A stretch of DNA of 54,604 nucleotides from Chiloscyllium plagiosum (Eukaryota): assembly GCF_004010195.1 (NCBI RefSeq), contig NC_057746.1, positions 1,171,882-1,226,485 of the forward strand, in the 5' to 3' direction. The notes below the pieces were generated by a model. The model was not told the origin of the DNA. It made no database searches and was given only the letters and a program-made list of their open reading frames with translations. The translations under genes and the position numbers were made by a program. Of the stretch, positions 1 to 10,269 are shown piece after piece (position 1 is the first letter of the stretch; the number at the start of each line of letters is the position of its first letter).

Positions 1-1361
1 TGGATGTCCATGGTGAAGATAAGGCGTTGGGGACCGGGGAAGCGAAAATCATGGAGGAGGTGGCGGGCGTGGGTGGTGTCCCGAACGTAGGTGGGGAGTT
101 CTTGGACTAAGGGGGACAGGACCGTGTCGAGGTATGCAGAGATGAGTTCGGTGGGGCAGGAGCAGGCTGAGAGAATGGGTCGGTCGGGGCAGTCAGGTTT
201 GTGGATTTTGGGCAGGAGGTAGAAACAGGCAGTGCGGGGTTGTGGGACTGAGGTTGGAGGCAGTGGATGGGAGATCCCCTGAGGTGATGAGGTTATGAAC
301 GGTCTGGGAGATGATGGTTTGGTGGTGGGAGGTGGGGTCATGGTCAAGGGGGCAGTAGGAGGAGGAACTGGTCCTCACCCTGAAAAATCTTCCTTTCCCG
401 CCGTACCAACCAGTACCCTTCCACTGACACCCTCCTTTGACTGACTGAACTGGTCCTCACCCTGAAAAGGACACCTCCTCCTACTGCCCCCTTGACCATC
501 ACCTCCAAATGGACCCCACCACCAGGGATATATTTCCCTCCCCTCCCCTATCAGCGTTCCGAAAAGACCACTCCCTCCGTGACTCCCTCGTCAGGTCCAC
601 ACATCCCACGAACCCAACCTCCACTCCCGGCACCTTCCCCTGCAACCTCAAGAAATGCAAAATTTGCGCCCACACCTCCCCCCTTACTTCCCTCCAAGGC
701 TCCAAGGGATACTTCCATATCCGCCACAAATTCACCTGCACCTCCACACATATCATCTATTGCATCCGCTGCACCCGATGTGGCCTCCTATATATTGCGG
801 AACGTTTCAGAGAACACCTCTGGGACACCCGGACCAACCAACCCAACCACCCTGTGGCTCAACACTTCAACTCCCCCTCCCACTCCACCAAGGACATGCA
901 GGTCCTTGGACTCCTCCATCGCCAGACCATGGCAACACGACGGTTGGAGGAAGAGCACTTCATCTTCCACCTGGGAACACTCCAACCACAAGGGATGCAC
1001 TCAGATTTCTCCAGTTTCCTCATTTCCCCTCCCCCCACCTTGTCTCAGTCAAATCCCTCGAACTCAGCACCGCCTTCCTAACCTGCAATCTTCTTCCTGA
1101 CCTCTCCGCCCCCACCCTACTCCGGTCTATCACCCTCACCTTCACCTCCCTCCACCTATCGCATTTCCAATGCCCCTCCCCCAAGTCCCTCCTCCCTACC
1201 TTTTATCTTAGCCTGCTGGACACACTTTCCTCATTCCTGAAGAAGGGCTTATGCCCGAAACGTTGATTCTCCTGTTCCTTGGATGCTGCCTGACCTGCTG
1301 CGCTTTTTCAGCAACACATTTTCAGCTCTGATCTCCAGCATCTGCAGTCCTCACTTTCTCC
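1..1361. mobile_element. Penelope-like element, rearranged: RT fragment on minus (1-~365), GIY-YIG endonuclease region and terminal repeat on plus (~490-1361)
   Basis: ORF 509-1081 reads GTFPCNLKKCKIC...FTCTSTHIIYCIRCTRCGLLYI...RFREH...HPVAQHFNS, a PLE GIY-YIG signature with a small deletion. Minus ORF 193-378 matches the same RT region seen at 54330-54500. Terminal repeat with hammerhead core at 1237. Confidence 0.85.
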
Positions 1362-2635
1362 TGGGCATTGCATTAATCAACTCCAGCCTCCCCACTACTC
1401 TTGACTCCAATTTGCCTATCGGACCAACAGATCCACGTCAGGTGCCACATCACTTCCCCTTCACTCCTTCCTAGAACATCTTGACACCAAGAACATCTAC
1501 ATAAGAATCCTACTCATTGACTACAGTTCTGCCTTCAACACTGTTTTTCCCTCGAGACTGATTACTAAACTTAGTGATCTCAGACTGACCCCCACTCTCT
1601 GCAACTGGATCCTCACTTTCCTGACCCACAGGCCACAATCAGTGAAGACTGGGGCCACAGGCCACAATCAGTGAAGACTGGGGACAATATTTCATCTTCA
1701 CTAACACTCAACACTGGAGTCCCCCAGGGATGCGTACTCAGTCCCCTACTGTACTCACTGTATACCCATAGCTGCGTCACCAAATAGCAGACTAATGTCA
1801 TTTACAGGTTTGCTGATGACACCAGTCGGTCGAATCTCAGATTGTGCCGAAACAGACTACAGACGGGAGATGGAAGATCTGGAAAAATGGTGTACTGAAA
1901 ACAACCTAGCTCTCAATGCCAGCAAAACCAAGGAACTCATTATTGACTTTCGGCGGGATGTTACTCATGACCCCCCCCCCACGCACTAACAACACAGAGG
2001 TGGAACAAGTGGAGAGTGTCAAGCTCCTGGGAGTGATCATCCACTTCAAGCTTTCTTGGACTCTTTATGTGGACGCACTGATTACAAAGGCCCAACAACG
2101 TCTCTTCTTCCTCAGGCAGCTGAGAAAATTCGGCATGACGGCGAATACCCTTGCCAACTTTTATAGGTGCGCCATCGAGAGCATTCCGTCTGGATGTATC
2201 ACTACCTGGTATGGCAACTGTACCATTCAAGATCGAAGACTGTTACAGAGAGTGGGGAACTCGGCCCGGACAATCACAAAGGCCAACCTCCCATCTATAG
2301 AATCCATCTACCAGGTCCACTGTCAAGGAAAGGCTGCCAGCATTCTCGAAGATCCATCCCACCTTGGCAATGTTTCTTTACAACCTCTATCATTGGAGAG
2401 AAGGTACAGAAGCTTGAACACACGCACCAGCCGGTTTTGAAACAGTTTCTACCCGATTGTTGTTAGAATACCGAATGGACTCTCAAACTCTTAGCATTCA
2501 CCTATACCTGTATTTTTGTTTTGCCGCTGTTTACCTATTATTTACTTATCTATGCTATTTAACTTTGTGATCTGCCTGTATTGCTTGCAAGACAAAGTTT
2601 TTCACAGGTGACAATAAATTCAATTCAATTAAATT
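1362..2635 (+). mobile_element. Degenerate non-LTR retrotransposon RT and 3' end, probably Rex1/Babar clade
   Basis: IDYSSAFNT (~1517), GVPQGCVLSP (~1716), FADDT (~1809), KTKELIIDFRR, KAQQRLFFLRQLRKFG, ITTWYGNC; AATAAA plus (TTCAA)n tail at ~2612-2635; 29-bp tandem duplication 1626-1654/1655-1683. Confidence 0.8.
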
Positions 2636-3751
2636 CAGAGTGTGACTTTAAATCGAACTACAGAAAGTTAAACACATAGAATTGCAATGAAAACAGGGCA
2701 TTTGGTGTTTATACTTAACACAAGCCTCATTTCTCTTCATCTCACCCCTTCTGTTCCTTTCACCCTCACATGCTTGTCTGGTTTCCCCTTAAAGGCATAG
2801 CTGTTCTTCATCTCAGTCACTGCACACTGCGATGGGAAATTTAACATTATTTGGAATTTGAGGAATAGGATTAAAATAAAAACATGAAAATTTTCAGTTT
2901 GTCCTAGAACCCCAAAAATTGGCCTTCAGGGAAACAGAACCTGCTACAACTGCTCTGTCTGGCATCATGTGACTCCAGTCCCACATAACATGGTTGATTC
3001 TGAACGTTTCTCTGAAACGGCCGAGCAAACAATGCTAAACAATCACTAAAGCGTTCATGATAAGAGAAAAATCAGAGAAATCTGGATAAGCCTGATGTAT
3101 CAGAATAAGATGATGATCTCAGCCTAGTGAAAGCTGTAAAGTCTCTCCTACCAAAGTCTGAAGACAAGCCCCCATGGGAGATATCCCACAGACTGTTCAA
3201 GTAGCTATGATGCTCACTGAATCGTATCAATATAGAAACATCCCAGACCTCTCCATCACCTTCCCTGGGAATGATTAGAGTGGTGCTGGAAAAGCACAGC
3301 AGGTCAGGCAGCATTGGAGGAGCAGGAAAATTGACATTTCTGGCAAAAGCCTTTCATCAGAAGCCCCATTCCATTGACAGGTGGGGAAGTCCTCAATATT
3401 GACTCCATGGAGTCATATAACTGAAGTCAAACAAGTTCACTTTAGAATCCAGTCAATGTATCACAAAGGGCGACATGTAGGTTAAACACCAAGAGTTTAA
3501 TAGGTAATAAACAAACCAAAACAGCTCCACAACCAACAGATCAGAATTCAGCTCTGTAATCCTACCACAGCTTGTTGAGAATTGTGGACAACCACAGGAG
3601 AAGCAGCTCCATGAACACCTCTACTCACAGCGATGCTGGAGCCCAGCACATGAGAGTGAGACACCATGGCAAAGTTCTTGAGGCAGAAATATATCCAGAG
3701 GATGATCCTCCTGAGGAGCAGGGAGAACTCCCCTCCAAACCACTGCAATCC

Positions 3752-3879
3752 TCCTGAAGAAGGGCTTATGCCCGAAACGTCGATTCTCCTGCTCCTTGGA
3801 TGCTGCCTGACCTGCTGCACTTTTCCAGCAACACATTTTCAGCTCTGATCTCCAGCATCTGCAGCCCTCACTTTCACTC
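3752..3879 (+). mobile_element. Short Penelope-terminus-derived repeat with hammerhead motif
   Basis: Near-identical to 1235-1361; CTGAAGA-A-GGGC-TTAT-GCCC-GAAACGTC at 3754-3781; flanked by direct repeat CAATCCTC. Confidence 0.75.
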
Positions 3880-4189
3880 CAATCCTCCACCATGTTGAGA
3901 AGGTTTAAATCGGGGAGTGTGGTGATCACTTTCCAATGACACGGATGGGAACCTCTGGAACAACAACGAACTGTCTGGACACCTTCAGGAACACAGCAGT
4001 GTCTCAGATCAGGACCTCCACCACTGGACCCAACCCATTGTATCATTGACACTGTGTGTCCAGTGATGTTACATCACCAGAATGTTCCTTCACAACAAAT
4101 ATTCAGTCCTGAACATTATTAACAGCCATTTTTGCCTCTGCTCTTGTAGCCAGAGAACAGTTGATTTTCCAATCCCAATTATCAGTTGG

Positions 4190-4612
4190 GAATGGCGATG
4201 ACTGAGGTGCGAGGGAAAAGGGGATAAACGGCTGCGATGCCGGCTCGCGCCGTCAGAGGCTGCTATTTAAACGAGCGCACCTCCAATTGCAGCGCAGCTC
4301 GCGCGCTCTCAGATTTAAATTCCCGAACATTGGGCGCCAAGCGGATCAGAACTACATCTCCCGGCAGGCATCGCGGGTATGCCCTCCCTTGATTCCATAC
4401 AGTCTCCACTCACTACGCAGGCGCGCGGCCGACATGCGGCATGGGTAATGTAGTTCGGAGCGGAGTTGCGAGCGGTTTGGGTGATTTGAGCTGAGTCCCT
4501 GTGGAGATTTTAAACAACCTCAGTGAAGGGGGAGTTTTCTGGGCTTGGGGCCCAGAGTCCAGTCACGTTTAAGGAGATGGCATGTCCCTCCCTCCGTCAA
4601 ACACAGGTAGGT
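4190..4612. promoter_or_regulatory. CpG-island promoter with two inverted ZNF143/Staf-type motifs; candidate plus-strand first exon ending at 4606
   Basis: The densest non-repeat CpG patch I found in the window. ACTACATCTCCCGGCAGGC at 4351 (+) and ACTACATTACCCATG at 4454-4440 (-); NRF1-like GCAGGCGCGC ~4417; donor-like CAG|GTAGGT at 4607. Confidence 0.7.
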
Positions 4613-5273
4613 ACTTCCAGAGAAAATCTCTCCAACATTTTCTCACCCGATGTGAGTTTTTGCTGCAACGTCCGAGGTATTTCTGGAGATGTTGGGTTCT
4701 CACAAGATTTTGGGACAGATCTGATAAATGTTGACAACTATTCTTCTATTAGAGATATTATTGTGTCAATATAAAACATTTTAACACTAATTACAGGAAC
4801 ATTTTGTGAGGAAGGAGTTGAAACTTTCAGTTATTTTGAATGTCGGACAGACTTGCCAGTTGCAGATCATCGTATAAAAAGGACAATTTAATGACTTATT
4901 TTCACTTGTATTTAAGGGAAGTACAGTGAAAATCTCGAACAAGTAGCGAAGTAAGTACAAAATTGGCTAAATGGTAGAGAACAGAGTGACGGTCAATAGG
5001 CACTTTTTCAGCTGGAGGAAGATTTTTGTTCCCCTCCCGGATTGATTTTTAATTTTTTTTCTTCCCCGCCCCCGACTGCAGTACAGCAGGAGTGCTTATA
5101 TTCCCCAGCACCCGTGTTGTATGTGTATGGGTGCAACACACAGTGAAAACATCAACTGTAAATAACTTTACTGATACTCCACCAACAGAAAAGTAAACCC
5201 CATGTGGCCCAGGAACTAGTGACAAGCGAAGCCCAGAGCGAGCAATGCTTACGTGAACCAAAGGTGAAGGTTG

Positions 5274-7452
5274 TGATTTGGAGATGCCGGTGTTGGACTG
5301 AGGTGTACAAAGTTAAAAATCACCCAACACCAGGTTATAGTCCAACAGGTTTAATTGGAAGCACTAACTTTCGGAGCGCTGCTCCTTCATCAGGTGATTG
5401 TGGAGGATACAATTCTAAGGCACAGAATTTATAGCAAAAATTTACAGTGTGATGTAACTGAAATTATACATTGAAAAATATCTGTTGAGTGTTTCTTCTG
5501 TTTGAATACCTTGATAGTTCCACTTCTTTCATGTGTAAATCACTATACACACACATATACACTCTCTCTGTAACAATGTAACTCTACAAGTATAAATTCA
5601 CCCCACAAAATATATGTGCATGTGGGTCTTTGTGAGTTGTGAGTGTGAGAGAGAGTGTATGTGTGTGTAGTGAGTATGGAGTGTCTTAAGTCTCTGAGAG
5701 GATGCCTGCGTGAGTGTGGGAGTGTGTGTGTCTGTAAGGGTGTGTGTGTGTCTGTGTGTATCTGTGTATATGTGTGTCCGTGTGTGTGTGTATAGGAGTG
5801 CCTATGTGTGTGTGCGCGCATAGAAGTGTCTATGTGTGTATAGTGCAATGGTGGTCACCTGTAATGTGACATGAAGCCAAGGTCCTGGTTGAGACTCTCC
5901 CCATGGGTACTGATCTTAGCTATCGGCCTCCGCTCAGCCACTTTTCGCTGCTGCCTGTCCTGAAGTCCGCCTTGGAGGATGGTCACCCGAAGATCCGACG
6001 TTGAATGTCCTGGACCACTGAAGTGTTCCCCAACTGGAAGGGAACACTGCTGCCTGCTGATTGTTGTACGATGCCCTTTTAATCCTCATCTGAGCAGTGA
6101 CGGGAACCTGGAAGTACTCAGGGATGCCCTCACAAGAATGGGTACGATGCTCAGCTCATTGACCGCCAGTTCTGACGTGTCACAGCAAGGAACCATAATG
6201 ACCTCCTCAGGAGACAAACATGTGCTACAGCCGACAGGGTACACTTCGTTGTTCAATACTTCCCAGGAGCTGAAAAACTACGCCATGTTCTTCGTGATCT
6301 GCAACACATTATGAATGAGGATGAGCACCTCGCCAAGACCTTCCCCACACTTCCACTGCTTGCCTTTAAACAACCGCCAAACCTCAAACACATCATTGTT
6401 TGTAGCAAGCTGCCTGGCTCTCAGGACAACGCCATACAACCCTGTCACGGTAGGCGCTGAAAGACATGTCAGAGTGTGAACATGGATACCGCCATTACAC
6501 GTGGGGACACCTCCCACCTTGTACGTGGTAGGTACTCATGTGACTCAGCCAACGTTGTCTATCTTATACGTTGCAGGCAAGGCTGCCCGGAGGCATGGTA
6601 AACCGAGCAAAGGCTACGACAACAGATGAATGGGCACCACACAAAAATCAACAGACAGGAGGGTTCCCTCCCAATTGGGGCCACGTCAGTGGTCCAGGAC
6701 ATTTGACCTCGGCCCTTCGGGTGACCATCCTCCACGGCGGACTTTGGGATAGGCAGCAGCAAAATGTGGCCGAGCAGAGGCTGATAGCTAAGTTCGGTAC
6801 CCATGGGGAGGGCCTGAACTGGGACCTTGGGTTCATTGTCACACTACAGGTGACCACCATTGCACTATACACACTCACAGACACTTCTACACATGCACGC
6901 GCACACACAGGCACTCCTATACACACACATACACACGGATACACGTATACACAGACACTCACACAGGCATTCTCTCAGACTCTTGGACCACCCTATACTC
7001 ATGCACGCACACATACACTCTCTCTCACAGACACTCACAACCCCCCCACCCCAGACATGCGCACACACTCACACATGCACCCCCCTGCAGACTTAAGAGA
7101 CTCAACACTCACAACACACACATATACACTCTCTCTCGCACTCACAACCCCCAACCCAGACAGACACACACACACACTGACACAAAGACCCACATGCACA
7201 CATATATTTTGTGGCGTGAATTTATACTTGCAGAGTTACATTGTACTTTGCTCAAAAAGTGCATGGATTCATGTAAAACTCTGTTATCTCAATTTTTAGA
7301 CTTGAATCAATCTAAACATCATAGCATAGACAGAGAACACATGGGGCTAACACCTTCAACATATTGCCTAGTTAACATCAATTGTTACAGCTAACCTGAG
7401 AATGCAACTTTTTAAAAAAGGTTTTGTGATTTACACATGAAAGAAGTGAAAC
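5274..7452. mobile_element. Penelope-like element with inverted 3' copy (5274-~6075 minus; ~6076-7452 plus) and (CA/GT)-rich tails
   Basis: Plus arm encodes YSCDSANVVYLIRCRQGCPEAW, LRQQMNGH and AEQRLIAKFGTHGEGLN (GIY-YIG, frameshifted); 5850-6070 is the reverse complement of 6640-6870; hammerhead core on minus at ~5365-5393. Confidence 0.8.
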
Positions 7453-7453
7453 T

Positions 7454-8470
7454 TTAGGGTGTAGGTTTGCTGGCTGAGCTGTAGGTTTGATATCCAGATG
7501 TTTCATTACCTGGCTAGGTAACATCATCAGTGGCGACCTCCAAGTGACGCGAAGTTGTTGTCTCCTGCTTTCTATTTATATGTTTGTCCTGGATGGGTTT
7601 CCTGGGGTTTGTGGTGATGTCATTTTCTGTTCGTTTTCTGAGGGGTTGATAGATGGTATCTAGATCTATGTGTTTATTTATGGCGTTGTGGTTGGAGTGC
7701 CAGGCCTCTAGGAATTCTCTGGCATGTCCTTGCTTAGCCTGTCCCAGGATAGATATGTTGTCCCAGTCGAATTGGTGGTTTTTTTCGTCTGTGTGTAGGG
7801 CTACGAGGGAGAGAGGGTCGTGTATTTTTGTGGCTAGCTGGTGTCTGTGTATCCTGGTGGCTAACTTTCTTCCTGTTTGTCCTACGTAGTGTTTGTGGCA
7901 GTCCTTGCATGGAATTTTGTAGATGATGTTGGTTGTCCGTGGGTTGTACTGGACAAAACCAACATCATCTGCAAAATTCCATGCAAGGACTGCCACAAAC
8001 ACTACGTAGGACAAACAGGAAGAAAGTTAGCCACCAGGATACACGAACACCAGCTAGCCACAAAAAGACACTACCCTCTCTCCCTCGTAGCCCTACACAT
8101 GGATGAAAAAAACCACCAATTCGACTGAGACAACATATCTATCCTGGGACAGGCTAAGCAAAACATGCCAGAGAATTCCTAGAGGCCTAGCACTCCAACC
8201 ACAACGCCATAAACAAACACATAGATCTAGATACCATCTATCAACCCCTCAGAAAATGAACAGGAAATGACATCACCACAAACCTCAGGAACCCCATCCA
8301 GGACAAACATATAAATAGAAAGCAGGAGACAACAGCTTTGCTTCACTTGGAGGTTGCCACTGATGATGTTACCTAGTCAGGTAATGAAACGTCTGGATAT
8401 CAAACCTACAGCTCAGCGAGCAAACCTACACCCTAAACACCTGAGCTACAAGCCTTCACAAACCTTGCAA
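7454..8470. mobile_element. Fold-back Penelope-like element of a second family, nested in the tail of the previous element
   Basis: Both arms encode NII(Y/C)KIPCKDCHKHYVGQTGRKLATRIH (GIY-YIG); arms ~7454-7938 (minus) and ~7951-8437 (plus); AAGAAGTGA at 7441 and 8469 flanks it. Confidence 0.85.
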
Positions 8471-8477
8471 GAAGTGA

Positions 8478-8977
8478 NNNNNNNNNNNNNNNNNNNNNNN
8501 NNNNNNNNNNNNNNNNNNNNNNNNNNNNNNNNNNNNNNNNNNNNNNNNNNNNNNNNNNNNNNNNNNNNNNNNNNNNNNNNNNNNNNNNNNNNNNNNNNNN
8601 NNNNNNNNNNNNNNNNNNNNNNNNNNNNNNNNNNNNNNNNNNNNNNNNNNNNNNNNNNNNNNNNNNNNNNNNNNNNNNNNNNNNNNNNNNNNNNNNNNNN
8701 NNNNNNNNNNNNNNNNNNNNNNNNNNNNNNNNNNNNNNNNNNNNNNNNNNNNNNNNNNNNNNNNNNNNNNNNNNNNNNNNNNNNNNNNNNNNNNNNNNNN
8801 NNNNNNNNNNNNNNNNNNNNNNNNNNNNNNNNNNNNNNNNNNNNNNNNNNNNNNNNNNNNNNNNNNNNNNNNNNNNNNNNNNNNNNNNNNNNNNNNNNNN
8901 NNNNNNNNNNNNNNNNNNNNNNNNNNNNNNNNNNNNNNNNNNNNNNNNNNNNNNNNNNNNNNNNNNNNNNNNNNNNN
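8478..8977. other. Assembly gap of exactly 500 N, probably a placeholder scaffolding gap
   Basis: Round length; the other gaps are 34587-34781 (195 N) and 47347-48152 (806 N). Confidence 0.9.
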
Positions 8978-9031
8978 ATACTCCAGTTCCAGGTTTTACT
9001 TTATGTGTGAGACATTGAAACTGTTACTTAC

Positions 9032-9280
9032 ATTTCGGTTCCGGGGAGCCGCGGGACAGGTTCTTCCAAACATTTAAATTCTGTTTCATGATGGCGATAT
9101 TGGCTGAGATCCCCGCCTCTCCTCCCTGCATGACATGATTGTTAAACTCAGGGATCCGGGCCACCTCCTTCTTCAGGTTGAAATCCATGTATAAAACCTC
9201 ATCTCCGTCATCCTCCAGGTCAAACTGTTTATCGGGGCTGCTGTCCTGAGCCATGAAGACCGAGAGCTGTTCATGTTGGT
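9032..9280 (-). CDS. MHC class II alpha chain, exon 2 (alpha-1 peptide-binding domain)
   Basis: 249-bp phase 1-1 exon with (CT)n-CACAG acceptor and T|GTAAGT donor. Translation (Y)QHEQLSVFMAQDSSPDKQFDLEDDGDEVLYMDFNLKKEVARIPEFNNHVMQGGEAGISANIAIMKQNLNVWKNLSRGSPEPK contains the class II alpha DGDE..Y.DF, PEF and N62/N69 hallmarks and resembles nurse shark class II alpha as I recall it. Confidence 0.95.
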
Positions 9281-9939
9281 CTGTGAGAGAGAGAGAGGGG
9301 ATCAGACACTGAGAGAGTGACCCCGGGAGAAAACATCATTCAACAAGATCACCAATGAACACACATCAAACCCAGATAAAACTCCAGGAGGGAATGTTCT
9401 GGAAACATCCAGACTGATCGGGGATGTGTTATATCTCCACCTGTACCAATATCTTTGTGAACGTGGTTACTATCGGAGTTACTGTGGTTCATGGGGGGGA
9501 ATCATTATCCCCTCCAAATCAGGCAGGGACAACACACAGTGCCCTTAAATACTGAAACAAAAACAGAAAAGGCTGGAGAAACCTAGGAGGTCTGGCAGCA
9601 TCTATGGAAAAAGAGACAGAGTTAACGTTTCAGGCCCAGTGCTATAGGAGTGAGCATTTGAAGGGACTAACAGCCAGGAGCGGCAGAAAAGGCTTGGGCC
9701 TTTCTGTGCCCTAATGCAGTTCAGAGTAAACATCAGGGTAAGTATTACTCCTTGAAATACTTTATTTAGTTGAATACAATCAAGCAGTTTTTAATCTTAT
9801 TAAAAAAAACATATTAGACATAAATAGCTGGATTCAAATGAACTTCTTGAACAGTATAAAAAGTGTAGGGCATTCTCAAGAGGGATATCAGGAAAGCAAT
9901 GAGATAGCCTTGGCACATAAGATTAAGAGAAAATGAGGA

Positions 9940-10250
9940 ATGTAGATGCTGGAGAGATGGAGTCGAAAAGCACAGCCAGTCAGGAAGCATCCAAGGAGCA
10001 GGAGAATCAACATTTCAGGCATAAGCCTTTCATCAGGAATGTGGGTGGGAAGAGGGCTGAGAGATAAATGGGAGGGTGGGACTGGGAGGTAGGTAGCTGG
10101 GAAGGCAATAGGTAGTTGCAGGTGGGGGTGATGGTGATAGGGTGGAGTGGATAAGTGGGAAGGAAAATGGACAAGTTTTGAAGGTGGTGCCAAGTTGGAG
10201 GGTTGGATCTGGGATAAGGTAGGGGGAGAGGAAATGAGGAAACTCTGGGA
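9940..10250 (-). mobile_element. Penelope-like 3' tail fragment
   Basis: Reverse complement resembles 1015-1350; degenerate hammerhead core at ~10007-10036. Confidence 0.65.
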
Positions 10251-10269
10251 TGGGCATTGGCGACTGTGG

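Noticed and set aside
9024-9254. ORF-track call of a standalone 76-aa protein
   Set aside because: It is an internal exon; the true limits are the splice sites at 9280 and 9032.
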